DNA of 47,229 nucleotides, taken from positions 79,738-126,966 of the forward strand of contig JBBTTD010000001.1 in NCBI GenBank assembly GCA_038064415.1, given 5' to 3'. Of this stretch, positions 9,805 to 20,058 are shown piece by piece. This DNA is from Patescibacteria group bacterium (GTDB lineage: Bacteria; Patescibacteriota; Minisyncoccia; Phycocordibacterales; PALSA-1337). How positions within the stretch are numbered: the stretch's first letter is position 1; each line of letters starts with the position of its first letter. The notes beneath the pieces were generated by a model. That model made no database searches and had not been told where the DNA came from. It saw only the letters and a program-made list of their open reading frames with translations. The position numbers and the translations under genes are program-made.

Positions 9805-10308
9805 ATGGAACCTCAAAGTGGTATCAAAACATGGCAGTGGGTAGTGACCGTCATAGTCATAATTGTCCTTATTATCATAGGTATTATGGTTTTTGGGAAT
9901 AAGAGTACATCAACAATAACAGAAGAGACAGCTACACCAGCTGAAGAAACAACCTCTTCAACAGAAATCAATCGAATCGTTGTCTCAGATCAATTTCCTG
10001 GAAACGTTGTGAATATTTCATCAGTGCTTTTGGCAAACGGCGGTTGGGTTGAAATTCACGCTGACAAGAACGGTCAACCTGGCGACTATATTGGATCGGC
10101 TTATTTTACCAAGGGTATCAATACTGGCAAGATTACTTTGACTAAGTCTACTGTTGAAGGCGGTATTTACTATGCTATGCTTCACTCTGACGATGGCGAC
10201 AAGAAATTTGACACGACCAAGGATCTCCCTATCAAGGATTCCAAAGGCAACATCATTATGAAGTTGTTCCGTGTTTCAGCTACTGTTGACGCTGGAATCA
10301 AGGGATAA
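9805..10308 (+). CDS. Membrane-anchored hypothetical protein with an extracellular beta domain
   Basis: N-terminal TM, Thr/Glu linker, GGWVEIH..YAMLHSDDGD. Confidence 0.8.
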   Translation: MEPQSGIKTWQWVVTVIVIIVLIIIGIMVFGNKSTSTITEETATPAEETTSSTEINRIVVSDQFPGNVVNISSVLLANGGWVEIHADKNGQPGDYIGSAYFTKGINTGKITLTKSTVEGGIYYAMLHSDDGDKKFDTTKDLPIKDSKGNIIMKLFRVSATVDAGIKG

Positions 10309-10340
10309 TAAAATAAAAGTCACAAATCTTAAACTAAAAC

Positions 10341-10372
10341 AAAAGAGGGTCGTCAAGGTGGCGGCTCTTTTT
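10341..10372 (+). terminator. Intrinsic terminator
   Basis: AAAAGAGGGTCGTCA-AGG-TGGCGGCTCTTTTT imperfect stem plus T-run. Confidence 0.6.
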
Positions 10373-10430
10373 GTAATATGATTTGACACAGGTCTATCAC
10401 GCGTCAAAGTTTTTATGGTATAATTTATAT

Positions 10431-11402
10431 ATGTCAAAACAAATCTATATTACTCGCATTATTCCAGAAATCGCGGAGAAAATGCTCCGCGAAAAAGGTT
10501 ACGAAGTAGATATATATCCAGAAGATCGCATTCCCAAAAAACAAGAAATAATTCAGGCATTAAAAAACAAACAATATGACGCGGTAATTTCATTACTCAC
10601 GGATAAAATTGACTCTGAAGTATTTGATTCCGCGCCAACGGTAAAAATCTACGCCAATTATGCCGTTGGTTTTGATAATATTGACGTGGCAGAAGCCAGG
10701 AAACGCAATATCGTCGTGACAAATACCGCCGGAAATTATTCTTTTTGTATTGCTGAGCACGCTATGGCTTTAATACTTGGTTTAGCGACACGAATCGTTG
10801 AAGCTGACGATTTTGTCCGAAAAGGGAAGTACAAGGGCTGGGCGCCGATGAACTTTATTGGCCATGATATCAAGGGTATGAAGATTGGACTTATTGGGGC
10901 GGGAAAAATTGGCGCGGAAATGGCCAGAATTGCTTCGCGCGGTTTTGATATGAAAGTTATATATCATGATGTCAACCGCAATGAAAATATTGAAAGGAAA
11001 TACGGCGCACAATATTTGGAGACAATTGAGGATGTTTTAAAACAAGCTGATGTCGTTACTCTTCATGTTCCTCTACTTGATTCAACCTATCACTTGATTA
11101 ATGAGATTCGTCTAAAAATGATGAAACCCAGTAGTTATCTGATCAACACTTCCCGAGGACCTGTCGTGGATGAGAATGCTTTAGTCAAAGCGCTTCAAGA
11201 TGGAGTAATCAAAGGTGCAGGATTGGATGTCTTTGAGTTTGAACCAAAATTAGCCAAAGGCTTAAGCGATTTACCAAATGTCATTCTCACACCACACATC
11301 GCTTCTGCCAGCGAAGAGACTCGCAATGAAATGGCTAGAATTGTCGCACAAAATGTTATTGACTTCTTAGAGACCGGTAAAGCTACGGCTACAGTTAATT
11401 AA
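10431..11402 (+). CDS. D-2-hydroxyacid dehydrogenase (glyoxylate reductase-like)
   Basis: AVGFDNID, GAGKIG, LINTSRGPVVDE, LDVFEFEP and TPHIAS motifs. Confidence 0.92.
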   Translation: MSKQIYITRIIPEIAEKMLREKGYEVDIYPEDRIPKKQEIIQALKNKQYDAVISLLTDKIDSEVFDSAPTVKIYANYAVGFDNIDVAEARKRNIVVTNTAGNYSFCIAEHAMALILGLATRIVEADDFVRKGKYKGWAPMNFIGHDIKGMKIGLIGAGKIGAEMARIASRGFDMKVIYHDVNRNENIERKYGAQYLETIEDVLKQADVVTLHVPLLDSTYHLINEIRLKMMKPSSYLINTSRGPVVDENALVKALQDGVIKGAGLDVFEFEPKLAKGLSDLPNVILTPHIASASEETRNEMARIVAQNVIDFLETGKATATVN

Positions 11403-11485
11403 ATCGTGTGTCCTGTTATTGTATGGGACTATCTATTCATTAGGCAAATAACTTCACAAGCTCAATTATTTGCTATAATAGGGTC

Positions 11486-12862
11486 ATGAAAGTCGTAACC
11501 CGATTCGCGCCATCGCCCACAGGCTATTTTCACGCCGGTTCATATCGCACCGCGCTTTTTTCGTGCATTTTTGCCAGACAAAATCTGGGCAAATTTATTT
11601 TACGAATAGAAGACACGGATAAAGAAAGATCAAAAAAAGAATATGAAGAAAATATTATTGAGAGCTTAAAATGGCTCGGACTTGATTATGATGAGTTTTA
11701 TAGGCAATCCGACAGAATAGAAGTCTATAAAAAATACATAAAACGATTAATTGAAAGTGGTAATGCTTATGTTTCTTCCGCTGAAGATGAAGAAAAGAGA
11801 TACTTGGGCAAAGAAGGAAAAGAATCACAAAGTGAAAAGTCCACGCCAAAATCAAGTGTCATTCGTTTTAAAAACCCAAACAAAAAAGTTATTTTTGAAG
11901 ACATGATTCGCGGTCGGATAGAATTTGATACCACAGAACTAGGTGATTTTGTGATTGCCAAAAACGAAGATGAGCCAGTTTTTCACTTAGTGGTTGTTGT
12001 AGATGACCATGAAATGGGTATTACTCACATTATTCGTGGTGAGGATCATATTTCCAATACACCTCGCCAGATCCTCATATTTGAGGCCCTAAGCATAAAA
12101 CCACCTCAGTACGCTCATATACCGCTTCTTTTGGCGCCAGATCGTTCAAAGCTCTCTAAACGCAATGGCGCTATACCTATTAGTGACTATCGCAGTAAGG
12201 GCTACTTATCACAAGCAGTGGTCAATTATCTTACTTTGCTCGGCTGGCATCCTTCTGATAATAAAGAAATCTTCGGGATGGAAGATATTTTAAAGGAGTT
12301 CTCACTTAATCGAGTTCAAAAAAGTGGGGCTATCTTTGACGAGGAAAAACTCAAATGGTTCAATCGACAATATATTGCCAAACTTTCCGACGCTGATTTC
12401 TCTGAACACACCAAGGCGTTTCTTCCAGAATGGGTAGCGCCAAAGAGCGACATAATTAAAAAACTAATCCCGATACTCAAAGATAAAATCATGACATTTG
12501 GAGAAGTTTCAGATATGCTCGCGGCAAATGGAGAGCTTGGTTTTATTCATTGTTTATCGGAATACAAGAAAGAATCGTTGCTCTGGAAAAAAAATCCTGA
12601 TGTTGATTCAGCCAAAAAACATCTTACGGAAGTTTCTAGATTGTTTTCAAAAGTCGCTTCAGTCCAGTTTACGATTGTTAACATCAAATCGGAAGTTTGG
12701 TCATACGCTGAAACCAATGGTAAAGGCGATGTATTATGGCCTTTACGAATGGCTCTAACAGGGCAAGACAAATCACCTGATCCATTTGTTTCCGCGGAAC
12801 TGCTTGGTAGGGAAGAGTCTTTGAAGCGCATAGAAATTGCTTTGAGTAAGTTAATAAACTAG
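11486..12862 (+). CDS. gltX: Glutamate--tRNA ligase
   Basis: TRFAPSPTG, LRIEDTD, IIRGEDH and KLSKR motifs. Confidence 0.96.
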   Translation: MKVVTRFAPSPTGYFHAGSYRTALFSCIFARQNLGKFILRIEDTDKERSKKEYEENIIESLKWLGLDYDEFYRQSDRIEVYKKYIKRLIESGNAYVSSAEDEEKRYLGKEGKESQSEKSTPKSSVIRFKNPNKKVIFEDMIRGRIEFDTTELGDFVIAKNEDEPVFHLVVVVDDHEMGITHIIRGEDHISNTPRQILIFEALSIKPPQYAHIPLLLAPDRSKLSKRNGAIPISDYRSKGYLSQAVVNYLTLLGWHPSDNKEIFGMEDILKEFSLNRVQKSGAIFDEEKLKWFNRQYIAKLSDADFSEHTKAFLPEWVAPKSDIIKKLIPILKDKIMTFGEVSDMLAANGELGFIHCLSEYKKESLLWKKNPDVDSAKKHLTEVSRLFSKVASVQFTIVNIKSEVWSYAETNGKGDVLWPLRMALTGQDKSPDPFVSAELLGREESLKRIEIALSKLIN

Positions 12863-12866
12863 GAAA

Positions 12867-14147
12867 ATGAGCATGAAAAGGGCTCAAAACCCAATTACTT
12901 TAGCAATCGTTTTATTGTTTGTGCTTTTTTCTGCAAAAGCATACTCCCAAACTATAACTGAACTCCAATCTAAAATTAATTTACGCAATCAAGATATTAA
13001 GGCTTTAGAGAAAGAAATAGCCGATTATCAGAGTCAAATTGGAGATTTAAGCTTACAAGTCTCATCTTTATCAGCAACAATCAAATCATTGGAATTGACT
13101 CAAAAGAAACTTGAAGCCAACATTAAGATCACGGAAAATAAAATTGTTGAAAAAAATATTGAAATTCAACAACTTGGTTCACAAATTTCAGACAAAAAAG
13201 ACACAATCGCCGAAGATAGACGGATAATTTCACAATCATTTGCCACAATGAACGAATTGGGTACAAAATCACTACCAGAATTGCTTTTATCTGAAAAATC
13301 ACTCTCTAGCGCATGGAACTCAATTGACGAAATCGGAACCGTACAAAAAAGTTTAGCTGATAGAATTACCAGTCTTAGAGCAGTTAAAGCTAATCTGGAA
13401 ACTAATAAAAAAGCCACTGAAAAAGCTAAAAACGACTTACTAGTACTCAACAATCAGTTAAAAGACCAGCGAAGCGTCGTCTTAAGCACGACTGCAGAAA
13501 AAAATAAATTACTGAAAGAGACGAAACAATCTGAAGCAGAGTATCAGAAAATTTTAGCCAACAAAAAGGACCTAAAGGACTCGTTTGAAAGGGAAGTGCT
13601 AGATTATGAATCGCAATTGCGCTTAGCTGTTGACCCGACAAAAATACCTCACTCTGGTTCTGGAGTCTTGGCTTGGCCTTTAGATTCAATAAAAATTACC
13701 CAATATTTTGGCAATACTGATTTTGCCACCGCTAGTCCGCAGATTTATAATGGAAAAGGGCATACCGGAATAGATTTCCGCGCTTCAATTGGAACTCCGG
13801 TCAAAGCAACACTACATGGAGTTGTTGTTGGTGTCGGTAATACAGATCTTGTCTCAGGATGCTATTCTTATGGTAAATGGGTTATGATCAAGCACCCAAA
13901 CGGCCTCTCAACTCTCTACGCGCATTTTTCATTACCAACAGTTACCACTGGTCAAGAAGTTACTACTGGCCAAGTCATTGGTTATAGTGGAAACACTGGT
14001 TATACTACTGGTCCACATCTTCATTTTGGGGTTTATGCTACTCAAGGTGTTCAAATTACTAAGCTTACAAATAGTAAAAACTGCAGGAATGCCGTGATAC
14101 CTCTCGCTGATTTCAGTGCATATCTTAATCCACTTTCTTATCTTTAG
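12867..14147 (+). CDS. Coiled-coil M23 (LytM) peptidoglycan endopeptidase
   Basis: Signal peptide, long coiled coil, HTGID and GPHLHF Zn motifs. Confidence 0.92.
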   Translation: MSMKRAQNPITLAIVLLFVLFSAKAYSQTITELQSKINLRNQDIKALEKEIADYQSQIGDLSLQVSSLSATIKSLELTQKKLEANIKITENKIVEKNIEIQQLGSQISDKKDTIAEDRRIISQSFATMNELGTKSLPELLLSEKSLSSAWNSIDEIGTVQKSLADRITSLRAVKANLETNKKATEKAKNDLLVLNNQLKDQRSVVLSTTAEKNKLLKETKQSEAEYQKILANKKDLKDSFEREVLDYESQLRLAVDPTKIPHSGSGVLAWPLDSIKITQYFGNTDFATASPQIYNGKGHTGIDFRASIGTPVKATLHGVVVGVGNTDLVSGCYSYGKWVMIKHPNGLSTLYAHFSLPTVTTGQEVTTGQVIGYSGNTGYTTGPHLHFGVYATQGVQITKLTNSKNCRNAVIPLADFSAYLNPLSYL

Positions 14148-14170
14148 AAATCAAGGTCCGACCTTGATTT
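14148..14170. repeat. AGGT-N3-ACCT hairpin
   Basis: AAATCAAGGT-CCG-ACCTTGATTT. Confidence 0.75.
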
Positions 14171-14197
14171 ATCTAAATAATGCGCTAAAATTAGATC

Positions 14198-14512
14198 ATG
14201 AATAAAATACCTCAAAATAAGGGATTGGTCAGAGCTGTTATTGTTATTGTTATTGCTTTACTCATCTTAAGCTATTTAGGTATCAATATAAGGTCAATTG
14301 TTAACTCTCCAGCTGGTCAGGAAAACTTCAATTACACCCAGGAGGTCATCCTTAATGTCTGGAATAACTATCTAAAAGGACCCGCGACTTATCTCTATAA
14401 TGATATTTTCATCAAACTTATTTGGGATCCAGCTATTGAGAGTCTGACGAGAATAAAAAATGGTCAACCGACGAACATTGATCAAAGCGCACCTACGATA
14501 AAGATAGAGTGA
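14198..14512 (+). CDS. Small membrane-anchored hypothetical protein
   Basis: NKGLV followed by a hydrophobic TM segment; followed by a terminator-like hairpin. Confidence 0.75.
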   Translation: MNKIPQNKGLVRAVIVIVIALLILSYLGINIRSIVNSPAGQENFNYTQEVILNVWNNYLKGPATYLYNDIFIKLIWDPAIESLTRIKNGQPTNIDQSAPTIKIE

Positions 14513-14680
14513 CATTCATAAAAATAGTAACAAACAGGGGACCCGTCAAGCAGATGAGTCCTTTTTACCTATCTAGATACTGAAGTTAAGATATATTGTG
14601 CGACATCGTATATCTAGAAGGAATTATGGGTCAACTACCAATAATTAACTCTCCTCCCTGTTGGTAAGTCTCTTTCAGTC

Positions 14681-14720
14681 AAACAAAAAGCTCCACAAAT
14701 TGTGTGAAGCTTTTTGTTTT
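14681..14720. terminator. Bidirectional intrinsic terminator
   Basis: AAACAAAAAGCTCCAC..GTGAAGCTTTTTGTTT between convergent genes. Confidence 0.7.
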
Positions 14721-14750
14721 TCTTGTCTCAAAAAAATGAGATCAACTAAA

Positions 14751-15227
14751 TTATTTTCTAGCCAAATCACCCAACTTTGATTTTGACCAACATGAAGCTG
14801 AAGCTGACCATGGACTTGAACCGTATTTACCGTAAAGGTATTTGGCAAAAGCCACATTACCCTCTACAGTATGAATGTCTAGACCCATGTTACGAGCAGT
14901 ATCAGCATGATAGAACTCATTAATTTGCATCAGACCAACATCGGCAGGATTGGCAAGACCGCGAACGACCTTGCCATTCTTATCAAATTGTCGGAATTCT
15001 GATTCACAACGAGCAATTTCCACTAGAATAGGCATTTCTGCGTATTCTTGGTGAAGATATGATTTCATAGTTGAAGTTGAGTTTGTGGTTTCCAATGAGC
15101 GAATTTGAGTTGTAGTTGCCTGTTCTGATTCCTTATTAGCGTTAATCGTCTTGATGTGATTATCGCTTTGTCCAGAACCATAGAGAGACGACACAAGAAA
15201 GATCACACCAGTTGTAAGTTCAAACAT
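14751..15227 (-). CDS. Secreted lysozyme-fold/lytic transglycosylase-like protein
   Basis: Signal-like N-terminus; IARCES (catalytic Glu), GLMQINE, SSPW. Confidence 0.8.
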   Translation of the reverse strand: MFELTTGVIFLVSSLYGSGQSDNHIKTINANKESEQATTTQIRSLETTNSTSTMKSYLHQEYAEMPILVEIARCESEFRQFDKNGKVVRGLANPADVGLMQINEFYHADTARNMGLDIHTVEGNVAFAKYLYGKYGSSPWSASASCWSKSKLGDLARK

Positions 15228-15286
15228 AACACAATTAAAAAACGAAGGTATTAGTCATGAGACTAACGCTTTCGTTTTATGAGACA

Positions 15287-15315
15287 AGTGTAGCACCTCT
15301 GTCTACAAAAGTCAA
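15287..15315 (-). promoter_or_regulatory. Promoter of the transglycosylase gene
   Basis: Minus strand TTGACT-17-TACACT with TG extension. Confidence 0.65.
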
Positions 15316-15327
15316 GTCTTTATTAGC

Positions 15328-15357
15328 TAAAATATGGCTCTGTTGAGCCATATTTTA
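15328..15357. repeat. 13-bp perfect hairpin
   Basis: TAAAATATGGCTC-TGTT-GAGCCATATTTTA. Confidence 0.75.
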
Positions 15358-15403
15358 CACCATAAATAGCTATATTTAGAGCCATTTTATCGGTTTTGAG
15401 ATT

Positions 15404-15428
15404 TTTAGCGAGGTGAGACCTCGCTAAA
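15404..15428. repeat. AGGT-N3-ACCT hairpin
   Basis: TTTAGCGAGGT-GAG-ACCTCGCTAAA. Confidence 0.78.
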
Positions 15429-15484
15429 CTTGCGCTTTTGTAACCTCTATGTTAGACTTTCCGAACTAATTAAGTAATACCAAT

Positions 15485-15757
15485 ATGGCACACAAGAAAG
15501 CGGCGGGTACAACTAAAAACGGTCGTGATTCAAACCCAAAATACTTAGGTGTTAAGGTTAATCATGGTCAAAGTATTGGTATTGGTCAGATTATTCTCCG
15601 TCAGCGCGGTACTACTTGCCTACCAGGTAGGAATGTTGGTGTCGGTAAGGACTATACCCTGTTTGCTCTAAAAAAAGGCACAGTTGAATTTACCTCAAAA
15701 CGAAAAACTGGATTTAACAATGACATTTTGAGAAAGAAAGTTGTGCATGTAAAATAG
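15485..15757 (+). CDS. rpmA: 50S ribosomal protein L27
   Basis: [20 protein letters not shown]. Confidence 0.98.
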   Translation: MAHKKAAGTTKNGRDSNPKYLGVKVNHGQSIGIGQIILRQRGTTCLPGRNVGVGKDYTLFALKKGTVEFTSKRKTGFNNDILRKKVVHVK

Positions 15758-15779
15758 TCCGCAGGTTTATCCTGTGAAA

Positions 15780-16223
15780 TTATATTTTCTCAATCACCAC
15801 CTTAAACTTCACCGACTTCCCTCCCCCTTTTACTTCAATCGTATGTTCACCAACTTCTTTGAGTGGATGTTCCAACTGAATAAAGTCCGGATCAACTTGG
15901 AGTCTAGTCTGCTTTTCAATTTCTATTGCGATTGCTTCTTTATGAAGACCTGCAAAAAGATGACCCTTATCGTTGGCTTTACTGATAATCGTAAGAATAA
16001 TATCTTTTAGTCCTTCAATATTTTTTACCAGAAGTTCTTGATGAATTTTTCGTTCACCTTCAAGAGCTAACTTCTGCACTTCAATACGCTTCACAGCGTC
16101 TTTAGTCGCGGCAATTGCCAGTCCTTGAGGGATGAGTAAATTGATGGCGTGACCATCACTTACTTCCTTTGTGTCAAACTTTTTTCCCAGTTTCGCAATG
16201 TCTTTAAGTAATATTATTTTCAT
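15780..16223 (-). CDS. rplI: 50S ribosomal protein L9
   Basis: MKIILLKDIAKLGK..VSDGHAINLLIP. Confidence 0.96.
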   Translation of the reverse strand: MKIILLKDIAKLGKKFDTKEVSDGHAINLLIPQGLAIAATKDAVKRIEVQKLALEGERKIHQELLVKNIEGLKDIILTIISKANDKGHLFAGLHKEAIAIEIEKQTRLQVDPDFIQLEHPLKEVGEHTIEVKGGGKSVKFKVVIEKI

Positions 16224-16226
16224 TTT

Positions 16227-17429
16227 TTACTTATTTAATAACTCAATCACTTTATTCATCTGCGCATCATTCTTGGTTTGAATATCTTTGTCTGTCAGCT
16301 CAATTTTGTAATCCGGCTCAAGCCCATCATGAGACAAGTTGTGTCCATTTGGAGTCAACCAGCGAGCGATTGTGACTTTAAGTGAAGTGTCAGATGTAAG
16401 TGAGACTAATTCTTGAACTGATCCTTTACCAAAAGTTTTAGCTCCGACAAGTTTTGCAACGCCATTTTCCTGTAACGCACCCGCCAAAATCTCCGCCGCC
16501 GAAGCTGAACCGCCATCTACTAGTATCAGCATTTTTAGTTTATCCGTAAAGACATCATAGCCTTTACTGCGATATATTTTTGGATCTCCATTCTTGCCGA
16601 AATCTTCAGTGACAACGGTCTTTCCTAATGGTAAGAACCATGAAGACATGTCCCATGCGGCATCTAGATAACCACCTGGATTACCACGTAAATCAAGAAC
16701 TAACTTGTGATTGCCGGAAAGAATAAACTCTCGTAAGGCGTTTCTGAACAAATTGGCTGATTGAGCAGTAAAACTATAAAGACGAATGACGCTAATACCG
16801 CCCGGTTTAGTACTTGTTTCAAGTGTTGGAATATCAATAACATCACGAATAATTGAACGCTCTATTGGCTTTGATGAGTTTTGAGGTAAGAATAATATTT
16901 TTACCATCGTTCCCTTTTTACCTCTGATCAATTTTACAGCCGCATCAACGGGCATATCACTGGTTACTTTGTCGTCTATTTTTAGAATCAAATCACCCGT
17001 CTTTACTCCAGCACGATTAGCGGGACTATTTTTTAAAGGAGAAACAACTTGAAGTTGTTTATTTTTGATTCCAATTTCCATACCGACACCTTCAAAGTTT
17101 CCAGAAATATCATCTTGAAACATCTTTGCTTCTTCAGGCGGGAAAAATACTGTATAAGGATCGCCGTAGGAAGATGCCAGGCCTTGGATAGAACCCCAGA
17201 TTTTATCTTGGGGAGTGGTACTTGCCGCGGCCACGAATTTTTCATCAAGAATATGCCAAGCTTTCCAGAATGGAGCAAATTGATCTGTGGTAACGGCACT
17301 AGTATCATCCAGACTTGAATTTGGCGCATAGGACTTCCCTTCCCCAAAATACATTCCAGCTAAAAAAGCAATAATCACCGCGGGTAGTCCGATAAGAAGT
17401 ATGATCAGTTTGCGATCTTTAATATTCAT
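16227..17429 (-). CDS. ctpA: S41 carboxy-terminal processing protease with PDZ domain
   Basis: DPYT, DLRGNPGG, SASAAEI and TFGKGSVQ motifs. Confidence 0.93.
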   Translation of the reverse strand: MNIKDRKLIILLIGLPAVIIAFLAGMYFGEGKSYAPNSSLDDTSAVTTDQFAPFWKAWHILDEKFVAAASTTPQDKIWGSIQGLASSYGDPYTVFFPPEEAKMFQDDISGNFEGVGMEIGIKNKQLQVVSPLKNSPANRAGVKTGDLILKIDDKVTSDMPVDAAVKLIRGKKGTMVKILFLPQNSSKPIERSIIRDVIDIPTLETSTKPGGISVIRLYSFTAQSANLFRNALREFILSGNHKLVLDLRGNPGGYLDAAWDMSSWFLPLGKTVVTEDFGKNGDPKIYRSKGYDVFTDKLKMLILVDGGSASAAEILAGALQENGVAKLVGAKTFGKGSVQELVSLTSDTSLKVTIARWLTPNGHNLSHDGLEPDYKIELTDKDIQTKNDAQMNKVIELLNK

Positions 17430-17542
17430 AAAAATAATTGTCTGGGTATTATTACATATATTGATAAAAGAACCAACTAGTGCGTCTTACAAGGGTATAA
17501 TTAGGTATTTTCTTTTTCTATATTCCTCGCTATAATACTCCC

Positions 17543-18469
17543 ATGATTACTCATCACGCTTCTCGAGGTCTAGTCTGGCTTGATATTTTGTCACCAAATG
17601 ACGAAGAAATTGCTGGCCTAGTTAAACGCTATTCTCTACATCCACTGGTCGGTGAAGAGCTTAAAAGTTCTTCATCTCTGGCAAAAATTGATTTCTACAA
17701 AGATTACATCTTAGTCGTTCTAACTTTACCGGTTAGGGTGCGTAAAGATGACTCTTACGAAATCGTTGATCGCGAGGTTGATTTTGTTATTGGCAAAAAT
17801 TTTTTGATTACATCCCGCTTTGACACTATTGAACAGTTGGAATATTTCGCAAAAATTTTTGAAGCAAATTCAATTCTTAATAAGGAGGAGAAAATGGAGC
17901 ATGCCGGCCATCTTTTTTACTACATGGTTAAGCGCATATACGCGGGAATGTGCGAGGATTTGGAAAATATCAAAGACTCCTTGGTCACAGCTGAAACTCA
18001 TATCTATAAAGGCGACGAAAGAAAAATGGTTGAGGCGCTTTCAAATTTGAGTCGTGAACTTATTGATTTCAAACAAACCGCTCGCGTTCACGAAGAAATC
18101 TGGGCCGATATGATCGGATATGATGAAACGAGTATATTTGGCAAAGATTTTACCGTATATATGCGTGATATGCGCGATGAGTTCAATCGCATCCGTGAAT
18201 TGATCAGCAACGCCCGCGAGTTGTTGGCTGATTTACGCCAGACAAACGATTCATTATTAAACACAAAACAAAATGAGATCATCAAAGTCTTAGCTATAGT
18301 TTCATTTATTTTCAATCCTTTAATATTCATCACTTCCCTGTTTACTATTCCTGCCGCTTCAGTGCCTATTGTCGGACATAGTTGGGGTTGGACAGCGTTA
18401 TTTATCTTTATGCTTTTGATTTCAGCTGGCATCTGGTGGTATTTCAAGAAGAAAAAGTGGGTAGAGTAA
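17543..18469 (+). CDS. corA: CorA-family cation transporter (GMN motif absent)
   Basis: WLDI, LHPL, helical stalk, QNEIIKVL and two C-terminal TMs. Confidence 0.8.
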   Translation: MITHHASRGLVWLDILSPNDEEIAGLVKRYSLHPLVGEELKSSSSLAKIDFYKDYILVVLTLPVRVRKDDSYEIVDREVDFVIGKNFLITSRFDTIEQLEYFAKIFEANSILNKEEKMEHAGHLFYYMVKRIYAGMCEDLENIKDSLVTAETHIYKGDERKMVEALSNLSRELIDFKQTARVHEEIWADMIGYDETSIFGKDFTVYMRDMRDEFNRIRELISNARELLADLRQTNDSLLNTKQNEIIKVLAIVSFIFNPLIFITSLFTIPAASVPIVGHSWGWTALFIFMLLISAGIWWYFKKKKWVE

Positions 18470-18550
18470 AATGAATAACAAAAAAGCAATAAAATACATG
18501 TGCGCCTTTTGTTGTTTTTTTGTCATATACTTATAATATTCTAGATATTT

Positions 18551-19933
18551 ATGGAAATCAGACTCCACAACACCTTGTCTCAAAAATTGGAAACCTTTAA
18601 GCCCATAAAAAGGGGCTTGGTTTCAATGTACAATTGCGGGCCAACTGTTTACGATTATGCTCACATTGGGAACCTACGCACTTTTATCTTCGCGGATATT
18701 TTACGAAAAACTTTGGAGTACAACTCATACACAGTGCATCAAGTTATGAATATTACGGATGTTGGACATTTAACGACTGACGGCGATGACGGTGATGATA
18801 AAATGACAAGGGCATTAAAACGTGAAAACAAACCGTTTACTCTTGAAGCGATGAGAGAGATAGCGACATTTTATTTTGAAAAATTTGTGGATGACTTAAA
18901 ATCTTTGAATATCAGTTCACCTCAAGAATTTCCTAGAGCCAGTGATAATATTCAAGAAGATATCATTTTTATACAAGAACTAGAAAAAAAGGGGTTAACT
19001 TATAAAATCAGTGGCGGTATTTATTTTGACATATCAAAATTTCCTTCTTATGGAAAATTGGGAAATATTTCTCTTGATTCGCTCAAAGATGGCGCGCGCC
19101 TGACAATCAACCCAGAAAAGAAAAATCCCGCAGACTTCGTACTTTGGAAACTTGATTCAAAAATCGGTTGGAAAAGTCCTTGGGGTGTGGGATTTCCCGG
19201 TTGGCATATTGAATGTTCAGTTATGTCTAGAAAATATCTTGGCCAACCATTTGACATACATACTGGAGGCATAGATCTTATACCTGTCCATCACAACAAT
19301 GAGATTGCCCAATCTGAATCGGCATACAACGAACCACTAGCACATTATTGGATGCATGGTGCCTTTGTTACGGTCAATGACGCTAAAATGGCAAAATCTG
19401 TTGGAGGTTCTATCACTCTCAAAACACTTGAGGATGAAACTATTTCCGCCATCGCCTATCGTTATTGGCTCCTAACCGCCCATTACAGATCACCGATAAA
19501 CTTCAGTTTAGAAGCTGTCCGAGGAGCTCAAAATGCCCTAATACGCCTTATGGTAACCGTAAGTAGTCTTCCTACTGATGGAAAGGTTATTTTGGCCTAT
19601 AAAGACCGTTTTATGGCTTATATCAACGATGATTTGGATACTCCGAAAGCAATAGCGTTGATTTGGGATATTCTCAAGGACAATAATCAATCTGACGCTG
19701 ATAGACGAGCAACTATCATTGATTTTGATAAGGTTTTTGGCTTAAAATTAGATACAATCAAGAAGTCAGAAGATGAGGAAATCCCTGATGAAATAACCGC
19801 TCTTGCTGAAGCGCGCGAAGAAGCTCGCAAAGAAAAAGATTGGGTTAAAGCAGATGCACTCCGAATAGAAATTGAAGCTCGTGGTTTTGTTGTTTCGGAT
19901 ACTCCGAACGGAATAAAGATAACGAATAAATGA
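18551..19933 (+). CDS. cysS: Cysteine--tRNA ligase
   Basis: CGPTVY, HIGN, PGWHIECS and KMAKS motifs. Confidence 0.97.
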   Translation: MEIRLHNTLSQKLETFKPIKRGLVSMYNCGPTVYDYAHIGNLRTFIFADILRKTLEYNSYTVHQVMNITDVGHLTTDGDDGDDKMTRALKRENKPFTLEAMREIATFYFEKFVDDLKSLNISSPQEFPRASDNIQEDIIFIQELEKKGLTYKISGGIYFDISKFPSYGKLGNISLDSLKDGARLTINPEKKNPADFVLWKLDSKIGWKSPWGVGFPGWHIECSVMSRKYLGQPFDIHTGGIDLIPVHHNNEIAQSESAYNEPLAHYWMHGAFVTVNDAKMAKSVGGSITLKTLEDETISAIAYRYWLLTAHYRSPINFSLEAVRGAQNALIRLMVTVSSLPTDGKVILAYKDRFMAYINDDLDTPKAIALIWDILKDNNQSDADRRATIIDFDKVFGLKLDTIKKSEDEEIPDEITALAEAREEARKEKDWVKADALRIEIEARGFVVSDTPNGIKITNK

Positions 19934-20054
19934 TGGAAGCCCAGCGAATGTGTGTATTTTTTTGTCAAAACAAGAGAGTCTTGTCTCGCGAGTCATATAA
20001 CCGCCATCTTTGGATTTGACAAAAAAATACACACATTCGCTGGGCTTCCAATCA
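19931..20054. repeat. Long-hairpin element E2 (36-bp perfect inverted arms)
   Basis: 19934-19969 is the exact reverse complement of 20015-20050; 45-nt loop. Confidence 0.92.
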
Positions 20055-20058
20055 AGCA

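Noticed and set aside
14567-14620. TCTAGATA..TATCTAGA with an NrdR-box-like ATATATTGTG
   Set aside because: Partial match between convergent genes with no nrd gene downstream
18476-18523. A-rich/T-rich imperfect inverted repeat before cysS
   Set aside because: Low complexity; no T-box motif and not clearly related to E1/E2
8409-20050. 36-bp repeats with 34-45 nt spacers suggest CRISPR
   Set aside because: The repeats are inverted single pairs, not direct arrays, and there are no cas genes
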